A DNA stretch of 64,000 bases from Octopus vulgaris (taxonomy: Eukaryota), in assembly GCA_951406725.2 (NCBI GenBank), contig OX597816.1, forward strand, positions 96,658,001 to 96,722,000. The letters run 5' to 3'. The position numbers and the translations under genes were made by a program. How positions within the stretch are numbered: position 1 is the stretch's first letter; each line of letters starts with the position of its first letter. Below are positions 51,860 to 64,000 of this stretch, piece after piece. The notes beneath the pieces are model-generated. The model was not told where the DNA came from, did no database searches, and saw only the letters and a list, made by a program, of their open reading frames with translations.

Positions 51860-54800
51860 TAGTGATCATATAGTGCATAAACATGATGGTGTAGTACATG
51901 CAGGTTGAAGGCTATTGTTTGTTTATGAATTCTGCTAAATGCAAGCTTTCTTTTCAGGTACATGATGCTGCTGTCCCCCATCCCACGGTCTCATGGGTTC
52001 ACACCTCCCACACCCTAAGAGTTGGCACACTCAACGTGAGCACACTGAAAGGTAGTTCTGGTGAGATTGTTGAGATGCTTGAACAGAGATGTGTAGATTT
52101 GTGCTGCCTCCAAGAAGTAAGGTGGAGAGGAGGTTTCGCTAGGTTCCTCACAAGCAAAGAACACAGGTACAAGATTTTCTGGGCAGGGAACACTGATGAG
52201 GTTAGGGGCGTGGGTATACTTCTTGCAGAGAAATGGGTTGATAAGGTAATCGAGGTAGTCAGAGTATGTGATAGAATACCTAAGATTAGTGTTACATCAT
52301 GGGTTAGCAACCATTATCTCAGCCTATGCTTCTCAGCCAGGGCTACCTGATGGACAGAAAGACCGATTTTATGACATCCTTTTGCAGACTACCTCATTGA
52401 CAAATGACAGGGACCTTCCCTTTGTGGCTGGCAACTTCAATGGACATGTTGGACAACATGCAGGGGGCTTCAATGGTGTACATGGGAGCTATAGTTTTGG
52501 TTCACACAATGAGGAGGGAACCAGGCTGCTGGAGTTCTGCAATGCGGAAACCTGCCTAGTCATCTACTGTTCTGGCAGACACACTAGCCAAATTGACAAC
52601 ATCCTCACCAGAAAAAGGGAAAGATGGCTGCTTATAAATGCCAAAACCTTCCCAGGCAAAGAATGTACTCCACAACATAGACTAGTAGTTACCAACTTCA
52701 GGATTAGGACTAAATGGATGCCCAGAAGACAACCAGCATTGAGGAGAAGGGTCTGGAAGCTTCAAGATCCTGCGAATGGATAGAGATTTAGAGATGTATT
52801 ACTCGAAGCCCTTAACAAAATAGAGGAGGATATAGCATCACATGATGTGGAAGACAACTTGAGCTTTCTACGGGACAACCTGCAGAGGGCCACTGAGCAG
52901 ATCTGTGGATGGTGCAAAGTTCCTTCTCAGCCCAAGGTATCATGGTGGTGGAACAATGTTGTTGACAGGGATATTAAGGAAAAGAAACAGGCTTGGAAGG
53001 ACTTGAAGAACAGTGTTAGAAGGGAATTATATCAGACTTATAGAAGGGCAGCTAGGAGACAGGTTTATTTAGCCAGAGAGGAAGCAGATAAGAAAAAAAT
53101 TTGCTAACGTTCTGCACCATGAGGACCAAAGACTTGAGGTGTTTTGTGTTGCAAGACAGTGTGTGAGAGAGAACCGTGATGTCGTAGGAGAGAAATGTGT
53201 CCACATGAATGATGGTTCACTTGCATTAAACAAGGCTGCAAAGAGAGAGGTTTGGAGACACCATTATGAAAGGTTGCTCACTAAAGAGAATGAATGGGAG
53301 AAAGAGAGTCTGCCGGATGTTGACCCAAGAGAGGGATCAGCTAGCCGAATTGACAGTACCTTGGTAGATAAAGCAATTAAGGGTATGAAGACGGAAAGCT
53401 TCTGGCCCATCAGGAATCACCGCAGAGAAGCTCAAAATATCTGGCAGTGTTGGCTATAGCCTAGTCACCCATATATTAAACCAGCTGAGACATGAAGGAG
53501 TCATACCCAATGACTGGTGTAGCAGCACAAGTCAACTGCTACAAAGGTAAAGGTGACGCTTTAGATACAAATAATTACAGAGGGATCAAGTTGTTGGATC
53601 AGGTAATGAAGGTCACGGAGAGGGTCATAGCCCAACTAATTAGGAAGAGAATCAGTTTAGATGAGATGCAGTTTGGGTTTGTGCCAAGGAAAAGCACCAA
53701 TGATGCTATATTTCTGGTAAGAGATATACCTAGCCAAAGATAAACCTCTGTATCTGGCTTTCGTTGACATGGAGAAAGCCTTTGACAGGGTCCCCCAATA
53801 CTTTATCTGGTGGTCAATGAGAAAACTAGGGATAGATGAATGGTTAGTGAGAGCTGTGCAAGCCATGTACAGGGATGCAGTCAGTAAGGTGAGGTTTGGC
53901 GATGGGTACAGTGAAGAATTCCAGTTAGGGGTAGGGGTCCACCAAGGATCAGTCCTCAGCCCCCTCTTATTCATCATAGTCCTCCATGCAATTACAGAGG
54001 AATTCAAGACAGGGTGCCCCTGGGAGCTCCTCTATGCTGATGAACTTGCTCTAATTGCTGAGTCACTACCAGAACTAGAGGAAAAGTTTCAGGTGTGGAA
54101 GCAAGGATTAGAATCGAAGGGCCTTAGAGTCAACCTAGCTAAAACCAAAGTCTTAATAAGTAGGAAGGCAGACAAACCACAAATCCCTTCATGTAGATGG
54201 CCCTGCTCGATCTGTAGAAAAGGCATGGGTAGAAACTCCATAAAATGTACCTAGTGTAAGCTATGGACACATAAGAGGTGCAGCAATATCAAAGGGGGGC
54301 TAACTGGGAAGATATTTTTTTTTATGTGGCAAATACTCAGGTGCTATAAACACTGAAAATGTGCAGAGAACAGCTTCTGTCACATTCCAGGGAGAAAAAC
54401 TAGGAATAGTTGATAGCTTCCATTACCTCGGAGATCAAGTTAGTAGCAAGGGTGGATGCTCTGAAAGTGTAGCTGTTAGAATAAGAATTGTCTCAGGAAA
54501 GTTCAGAGAATTCCTACCTCTGCTGGTGACAGGGCCTCTTGCTCAGAGTAAAAAGTAGACTGTATGACACGTGTATGAACAGCCGTGAAACATGGGTTGT
54601 GACTGCTGAGGACATGCATAAGCTTGCAAGGAATGAAGCCAGTATGCTCCGCTTGATGTGTAATGTCAGAATGCATACACGATAGAGTGTAAGCGCCCTG
54701 AGAGAAAAGTTGGATTTAAGAAGCATCAGATGTGGTGTGCAAGAGAGATAACTGCGCTGGTATGGTCATGTGTTGTGAATGAATGAGGACAGCTGTGTGA

Positions 54801-55730
54801 AAAAGTGTCACACCCTAGCAGTTAAGGGAACCTGTGGAAGAGGTAGACCCAGGAAGACCTGGGATGAGGTGGTGAAGCACAACCTCCGAACACTGGGCCT
54901 TACCAAGGCAATGACTAGTGACTGAGACCTTTGGAGATATGCTGTGCTTGAGAAGATCTGACGAGCCAAGTGAGACCATAGCTCATGGCCTATGCTAGTG
55001 AGTGTAACCAGCCCACTGATCGATACCCCTCATTCATTGGATAATAAATTTTGCTTGTGAAGACCTATTGAGGCAAGTGAAATCAAAATCAAAATCACTG
55101 ACATGGCTGATGACAGTACTGCCTGATTGGCACTCGTGCCAGTGGAATGTTAAAAGTACATCCAGTGGGGTGTAACCGGCCCACTTATGAGTACCCCTCA
55201 TTCATTAGACAATGAACTTTGCTTGCGAAGACCTATTGCGGTATGTGTAAACAAATCAAAATTGCTGACGTGGCCGATGGCAGTACTGCTTGATTGGCAC
55301 CCATGCCATTGGAATGTTAAAAGCACATCTGAGTGATCGTTTCCAGGGCCATGCCGGTGACACATGAAAAGCACCATTTGAGCATGATCATTGCCAGTGT
55401 TGCCTTACTGGCACATGAAAAACAACATTCGAGAATGGTCGTTGCCAGTGCTGCCAGACTGGATCCTGTGCAGGTAGCACATAAAAACACCTTTTGAATG
55501 TGGTCGTTGCCAGAACCGCATGATTGGCCCTCATGCCGGTGGCACATTAAAGCACCCACTACACTCTCAGAGTGGTTGGTGTTAGGAAGGGCATCCAGCT
55601 GTAGAAACTTTGCCAGATCAGATTGAGCTTGGTGCAGCCTCTGGCTCACCAGTCCCCAGTCAAACCGTCCAACCCATGCCAGCATGGAAAGTGAACGTTA
55701 AATGATGACGATGATGATGATAATGATGAT
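51860..55730 (+). mobile_element. Near full-length RTE-clade LINE (APE, RT and PHD insert), frameshifted
   Basis: APE: VGTLNV, CCLQEVRW, GVGILL, AGNFNGHVG, SQIDNIL, PQHRLV. RT: NYRGIKLL, QFGF, DMEKAFDRV, GVHQGSVLSPLLF, YADEL, FHYLG. 3' UTR has a ~170-bp duplication and a (GAT)n tail. Confidence 0.92.
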
Positions 55731-56827
55731 GATACTTCTCATCATTTCATATGATTCTTCTTCTCTCAAACTCATAAACCGTATTGAGAGATAGCTATCA
55801 TTCTCTAATATTCTGTAGACTTAACATTTTCATATATTTGTGTAGTGAGCATATCTGTATGCTTGAAAAGAAAGGAAACAGAACAATAAAACTAACGACA
55901 GAGAGAAGCTTCAACTTTGAATAGAAGTTTTGAATACCATTTTAGTCTTATTTATAAATCCAAATACACAAATATATGAAGGCATTCTAGCCATAAACAT
56001 CACACTGTTTCATGTGTGCAGTGGACCCAGGAACACATTATGAAATGTGTCCTGTTCTAAAATAGTGCAGTGTGGTATGGTTGCTATTTCTAGCAGGTCA
56101 AGCAATCATGTAAAGACTTCCTTGTTGACTCATGCATCCATGTATTTTTATGGTCTATATGAATGTGTCTGTGAGTGTATGTACTTTTGTGTATACATTA
56201 AGTATATATAATTGAAAACAACACTGTTCCAGTTTTAATACTTTTATTAATAATTTTCATATTTAACATTTATATGAAATCCATTTGAGAAATAAAAAAA
56301 ACTCTGAGATAGGGAATTTAATTAACGGCTACAATAGCAGCCAACTTTCAATTAAAATATATCAACTCTATATCTTCAGTACTCTTTATTTTGTTTGTAG
56401 TTTTGTATTGCAAAAAGGAACATACAATATTTTTTAAAAAATTTAAATCATTCTATAATTACAATATGGAATCAATTATATCATGTTACTTTGAGTTTCT
56501 GATAAACTCCTCTGAAAATTCTAATATTGAATGAAATGTATACCACCACTGACTTAAAATCATCAGATTTATCTCAACCTGGTCTCAACAATTCTATAAA
56601 TATAGCAGGTTTACTCTGCAGAAGTAAGCCTAATTCCATCACGGAATTGCTGAAAGTAGGTAAAGGTATGTCTGATGATTTTTAAAACCAGTGGTAGTAT
56701 AGATTTTATTCAATTCAATATGAATTTTCACTGGAGATTTTCAAACTTAGAGTATCATGTTTTAACTGATTACATAACATAGTGATACCTATAAACAAGT
56801 ACTTTTGAACTTGTATGAATTCATATA

Positions 56828-57530
<703 letters not shown>

Positions 57531-58929
57531 TATAATGTGAAACAAATTGGTTTATTTTACTATTCATCCTCATAAACAAATTAAAGTATTGTAAATCCTC
57601 CTTAAAATATCTATGTGAACTAACAGTATACATATTTCCATTCTGATATATTTACAAAGAGAACAAATATATTAATGTTAACTTGTGGGTATTTACTACA
57701 TTTTTTAATGAAGCAAAAAATGACATTTGGACAAACAAAATGCATTTGTGTGCATTTTCATGTGTGTTACAGTAAAACAGACTAGTGAATCAGTAAATAA
57801 CTTGACAGATAATGGTAATAAACAAGGGTATAAATCGCTTTATACAGGTATTTTTTCCCTCCTAGCACCCATAATTCATTTTCTCTTATTATACTCCTAA
57901 TATTGAGGTGAATGAAAATAAATACAATGCAACATCAACATAAAAATCACATATTATGACATGTAACATCAGCAACATTAAAATCACTTATTAGCATATT
58001 ATCACATGTAGCAACATTCATTCTCAAAAAGAATGCATGTAGCATATGCAAAGAACTAAAACAGGAAACACATCATATCAAAAGCTATTTAGAAAATTTG
58101 ATGAAATCACATGCATCTGTGAAGTCAAAATCCCATGAATTGACTTCTTTATATTGGTTTTTATATTTAGAAGAACGTTTTTTGCTAAAAGAAATCTCCT
58201 TTGATGGCTGAAATAAAGATCTCTGCTTTGCCTTAGTTTCTTCTGTAATGGGTGCCTAGAATAAATAAATAAAGCAAATATGGCAGAATATAAATTTTTA
58301 ATGTTTACACAGCTTGGTGAATAAGCTATAAATTGCCTTCTGCCTGTATAATAGTTGTACAATCAATGTTATTTTATAGCAAGATCATATTAAAATACCA
58401 TGATATCAGAAACTTATTTGAAAATTCCAACATTTTATATAAAACGTGTTTCTTTTTCCTTTTTAATATTTCCTTCGAGAATTTTCATTAAATGCCAAAT
58501 TAAGTGTTGTTTAAGAGCAGTGAAAGTCAAAGAATATCTATAACTGTGAGATTTAAAATCAAGAATATACTTATCTCTCCTAAGTCTTTTCCACCTTAGA
58601 ATCATGTGTCTGTTTGTGTAACATTTATTTAACTATTTGAATAGTTAAGTATCTGATTTCTTGATCTTGGTCAAGTAATAAAATATGTTGACCAATTCAG
58701 GCAAAAAATTTAATGTGCTAAAATGGAAATTAGTATTAATAATACATACCTTAGCTGACTGTTTTTGCTGTTTAGATTGAGACTGTTTTGATACGAAATT
58801 AATCAATGCATTGTAGAGACCACTGGACACAAAAAGAGGATTGTAAGTCTCAAGAAATTCCAACTAAATTGAAAAAAAAAAAAGTGTCATATTAAATTTT
58901 CACTATTATTTTCATTTAAAAATTAATCT

Positions 58930-59089
58930 GCCAGCATGGCAGTGGGGTAAAAAATTTGCTTCCCAACCAAATGGTTCCAGGTTCAGTCCCACTGTGTGGT
59001 ACCTTGGGTAACTGTATTCTATTATAGCCTTCAACTGACCAAAGCCTTGTGAATGGGTTTCATAAACAAAAACTGAAGAAGCCCTTCAC

Positions 59090-59120
<31 letters not shown>

Positions 59121-60522
59121 TATACGGAGAATTCACAAAAACAAAAAAAGAAGACGAAGACAGGTGGTGTAGACAACAAATATATGTATTAGTATAATGC
59201 TCGAGAAGTGAGAAAGTCTTTAACGTTTTGGGCCTACACTCTTCCAGAGAAAGGAACACAGAAAGAAACAAGGAGAGAAAATAAAGAATGTGAAGTGGCT
59301 AGCGATCTATTATGGAAAAGGCCGGACAGAAGGGTCACACAAGAGAGCTAGGGAAAAGGGGAGATAAAGTGGTGGTGATCCCAAAACGAAGGTGCGCATG
59401 CGTGTGTATAAGAGAGTTGTATGTGCATGTGGAAGAGGGCTGGTGATCAAGATATGTGCGTGTGTGTATGTGTAGGTGTGGAAATGTGGGTCTGGGAAGT
59501 GGTCAGTGCTGATGTGTGCATGGTCGTGTGTTGTGATGTGATGTGTTGTGTGGTATGGTGGTGTAAGGTGTAGTGATGTGATGGTGTTTGGAGGTGGGGA
59601 GGCAGGAGTGGGGAAAGCAAGGGTGGGGTGTGGGTATAAGGGGTGAGGTGGCGTGGTGTGGGATGGGGAAGGATAGGGAAGTTGGGGTTAGAATGTGCAG
59701 GGGTGCGGTGGGCTAACGAGGGAGGGATGACAATGAAGGGAAGAAGGTGGATAGGAGTGAAGAGAAGAAAAGGTGGGTAGGAGTGAAGAGAAGAAAGGAG
59801 TTAGGAGTGAAGGCAAGAAGTAGGGGTTGGCGTAAGAGAGGAGAGGTGGGTGGGAGGCGAGGGGAGTAGAGTTGAACCCATGTGGCACAAAGGAGCAAAG
59901 AGAGAAGATTAATCTTGGTAGAGCAGAAATGGTGCAAGACCAGGGTGCCATTACTGAGTTGGATATCTTGGAGGTGTTCTGCGAACCAGTAAGCCAAGCG
60001 GTGTCCCATTTGCCCAATGTATATAAAATGGCAGAGAAAGCAGGTGATGCAGTAGATGATATTGGTAGAAATGCAGGTGAAGGAGTCGGTGATGTGATAA
60101 GGTTGGTGATAGGTGCCTGTGAAGAAGGTTGTGTTGGAGAGGTAAGAGCAAGTGCGGCAAGTATAGTCGAAGAACACTACTACAATTCCTGGAGAAGTCC
60201 CTTAACACTAGTACAATATCTCAAAAATGCCATCTTAAAAGCAAGAAATACCTTAATGCATCACACAGTCTGTAAAGCTCTCGACCAAATTTCAGGAATA
60301 TATATATATATATATATACATGTCTGTTTATCCCCCACCACTGCTTGATAACTTGTGTTGGTATGTTTACAGACCTGTAACTTAATGGCATGGGGATAGA
60401 GAATGATAGAATAAGTACCAGGCTTAAAAAAATTAGTAGGAGTATCAATTCAATTGACTAAAAATTCTTCAAGCCCCAGCATGGCTACAGTTCAATGACA
60501 GAAATGAGTAAAAGATAAAAGA
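58930..60522 (+). mobile_element. SINE family B split in its central microsatellite (head 58930-59086, tail 60320-60522)
   Basis: The two halves match the head and tail of the intact copies at 28110 and 35053. Confidence 0.65.
59124..60160 (-). mobile_element. PLE 3' fragment: GIY-YIG endonuclease, pyrimidine-rich UTR and terminal repeat
   Basis: CRTCSYL...SFTCISTNIIYCITCFLC..IYIGQ.GHRLA..FAEH. Degenerate hammerhead at about 59215-59255. Confidence 0.8.
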
Positions 60523-63500
60523 AATCAATTAACATACTGAAACACAGTCATCATCATCCTTTTCGTCAAGCTTTCATGGGTTGGATAAGTTCTTTTCCAA
60601 AGAACAACCAGATAACTGTTTTGTTCTTTTGTCATCTCCTTCCTGAGATCGGTCTTTACCACTTCTGCCTATGTCTTCCTCTTCCATTGGCTTCCCTTAT
60701 ACTAAGTTCTAACAAAATCTATGACGGACACACTAACACACCAAATACTTTTTATTTGTTCCCCACTTCTAAACCCAATCTTTACTCATGCATTATCTTT
60801 GCCTCCATAGGATCAGCTGGCTACTGTGAAACAGATATAACATATTACAAATTCTTTTACTGCACTACATACCCACCTACTGAAGTTTATGATCATTAAC
60901 TGTCAGGATTTGTCTGTGTTCCAACAGTTTTAGGCTAACTACTGGTAGTAAATGTCTTTCACATCCAACACTTCTGAAGGATTATCAGTCATTCTAGTCA
61001 TATTACTTCCATTTTCATACAACCAAAGTCCACAGCCTAAAACACCCAAGTAATTTACCAGTGACTACATTATAGAAGTATAGTCAAAGAACACTACTAC
61101 AATTCCTGGAGATGTCCTTTAATACAATATCTGAAAACTTACATTTTTAAATTGAAAAATACCTTAATGCATCACACAGTCTGTAAGCTCCCCACCAAAT
61201 TTCAGGAATTCTGTAGCCTGTCATATCTCTTCCATCATTCTTAAACAATTCACTCAAAAGTTAGCTTTTTGTTTGCCATTCAATAACTCTATCCCAATCT
61301 TTGGAAGCATGCTTCAGTGTGTTCCATCGCCCAAAAGAGTCACTTATCTGTGCCTGTCAGCTTATCACATTCACTTCCAATATCTTGAAAGTAATGGAGA
61401 CAGTTCCTTTATCACCTTGAATCTCTCTCTGCCTCCATCTATCACCCTCTCTTTCTCTCTCTCCTCTTTAGTGATAATCACTATGGCTTCTGTAGAACCA
61501 TGTCACCAGAGGTCCATCACCTACATATAATTTACATATGTTTCTCATTTCTTGATCAGACACTTCCTATTAAACCAAACCATTGAGGTATGTACTGATG
61601 AAAGCTCTCTGACCCACATATTATTAACTACTTACTTTTGGCAACATATGTACTCTGAAGCAGATCATACAAAGCATCACCCCACTTAACCTTACATATA
61701 CAGGCATTGTCTACAAACAACCTCAAGACTTCTTTCGAGACAAACACTGTATTCATTACTTGAGAGCATCCTTCAATTAACCTTTCATTGGTCAACAGAA
61801 CAAAGATTCAACTGCACATATCAAAAAAATTATCTTCTCCTTCACACTCTGTAGCAATAGGTTGTTTCAAATGCTGGAGTTCACAATCTTTGATGTTGAT
61901 TCATGGTGATTGCACATATATAACTATATCAACGCTATTCCACAAAGGCAAGGATTCAACTTTAGATCCAGGAAATATTTCAGCTTTGATCAGATGCTAA
62001 TCCTCCACAACTTTCAAGTACGACCTGATACTGCTTACCCTTAAGTATGATGCTGTTGCTACAAATGCTCACATCCCAAAGAAGGCCAGTCAACTAACTG
62101 ACAAAAATTCAGTCATCAGCATGCTTCAACCACTAGCTCACAGATATGCTACTTCTGTAATCTACCTTTGTTGTTATGAGAGTTGCAATGCCCCTTTGTA
62201 AGAGATAGACTGGTCCAAGTAAAGTATAAATAGTAACAATCTGAGTGAGCTTGACAGTTCAGAGCCAAGTGAAGTTCATGTTAGTTTGCAGTGAAGTCAG
62301 GTGTCAGTTGGTTAGTTCACAAGGAATATTTATTGTTGGTTCATAAAGAGATTTGTTAGTTTGTTACATTGTTTTTACGGTCATCTGGTTATCTTGTTTA
62401 CTGTATGTAACAATTACGTTGCAACAACCTTTTTTGTCACAATTATAATGGTCTCTGCTTCTCTGCACATGCTAGCTGCTTACCTTCTTCTCCCAGGCCA
62501 TCTTGTCCCACCTATCTTTCCCATGTCATTAATTGTCTCAGTCCTTTATCTTACTACTTAGATTTTGCACTAAATACTTCATACAATCCTTCCTTTTCAG
62601 AATGACAACCAAAAAGAATTCTGAGAAAAATATTTGTTTGAATTTTAAAAGATTAGCTTGTATAAATGTGTTGAGAGATATGCTGGTTGAACCTCATAGA
62701 GAATATGATAAAGGACTGAGACGATTAATGACACACTGTGCTTAAGAAAATGTCCAACTATGCAAGAATGGCAAAGCTAGTGTTAAAAATGGTTTTAGTG
62801 ATTGAGGCTAGAGGCATAATACATATATGTGTGTATAGATGTGTATATACCTGCACACATTTGGATTTCTCATCTAATGTGTCTGTCAAGTCTACATCTG
62901 CTACTCCACTCCTCTATTTGATACCTTCTTATCTCCCTGTCACTCTTCCCAACTCATCTCACTCATTCTCATTTTTCTACCTAACATGTATTGTCTCTCC
63001 ATCCAAACCTATTTGCTGTATTATTCTGCTACAGAACCTATTACATCATATCATTAATGACTTAGACAATAACAACCCATCAAATCCAAAAAGCAAAAGT
63101 AAAGTAACAAATATGATGAGGTGATAAGGATCAGATTTGATGAAAACATTAATACAACAGAAAAGAAAGCAAGTTTCTAGAGATTGCATTCTAATCTGTG
63201 AATAGTTTCTTTGAAATAAAAAATTCCAAGCTGCTTCAATAGTTATTTCATAATTACAGACAATTTTCACTGATTTTGTTTTCTAAACTTTATTAAATTA
63301 TCAATATTTTCTCCACAATTTAACAGCAAGGTAAAATATATCTGTTAAGAGAAGAGCGACCGTCTATTGGTATAACTTTACTCATATCTTTAAATATAGT
63401 CTGCTTAAGTTAGCAACGTGAATATTGAAGAGTAGAAAGGAAATCCAGCCACGTTTCATGGTTTGCTATCTCAATAACTTCTTTATAGCATCTAGTGGCC

Positions 63501-64000
63501 AAAGACATTATCAGGAGGAACCATGTCTGGTTTTGGCCCCTATTCCTCTACTATTTTTGGTATTAAATGCTTATATTAAATCATATTAAATGCTTCTATT
63601 GTTTTCTTTTTAGTGCAATGCAATAGTGTTTCTACAACCAAATGTTCTTTATCTGTAATCTTCTGGGTCTGCTGCCACTAGTACTTGCATAGGTTACACC
63701 ATTTTTGTCTCCCTTTCTATATTTCTGCACAATAAAATCACAATAAAAATCCCCAGAAAATGCATGGTGGCCATTTTCACTGTGTACACTTTACATTTAT
63801 TAATTCTGCTTTTAATATTCTTCATTCTTTTTCTATATTTTAGTTTAGAGCAGAAATAAAACACAAATTACAAAGAAATTCTTGAATGGGGTAGAAAAAT
63901 TTTCATTTAATCTGAGAATGGAATGTCTGCATCCCATCATACATAAAAACAATATAGAAATATGATAGTAGATGAAGCTGGCATCAAGAGTGGGTGGCTA

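Noticed and set aside
61540-62050. Possible very old LINE remnant (KGKDSTLDPGN)
   Set aside because: A single short motif with no continuous homology.
57540-64000. Possible host-gene 3' UTR or exon on the minus strand in relatively repeat-poor AT-rich DNA
   Set aside because: No recognisable coding exon or convincing splice pair; it cannot be supported without RNA-seq.

Overview
Repeat-saturated, AT-rich eukaryotic DNA. The repeat inventory and microsatellite density suggest a coleoid cephalopod such as Octopus (inference). I found no supportable host exon. The window holds decayed or nested mobile elements: a Penelope-like (PLE, Naiad-type) retroelement with inverted arms at 651-6578 carrying a nested mariner and a Merlin-like MITE, a near-full RTE LINE at about 51860-55730, R4/Dong, CRE, Tx1 and other PLE fragments, Tc1/mariner, Chapaev3, hAT and Helitron relics, and many tRNA-derived SINEs. 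The standout is a near-identical 484-bp tandem array at 7767-9452. Each unit carries a complete type I hammerhead ribozyme (HHR) on the minus strand, and the array ends exactly at the predicted self-cleavage site. This points to a retrotransposed, probably circular, self-cleaving RNA (non-LTR retrozyme-like). The Naiad-type PLE also shows an in-frame TGA at a conserved Zn-finger Cys (candidate selenocysteine) and a hammerhead with a G3-C8 compensatory swap. All structures were read by eye; no folding or database search was run.
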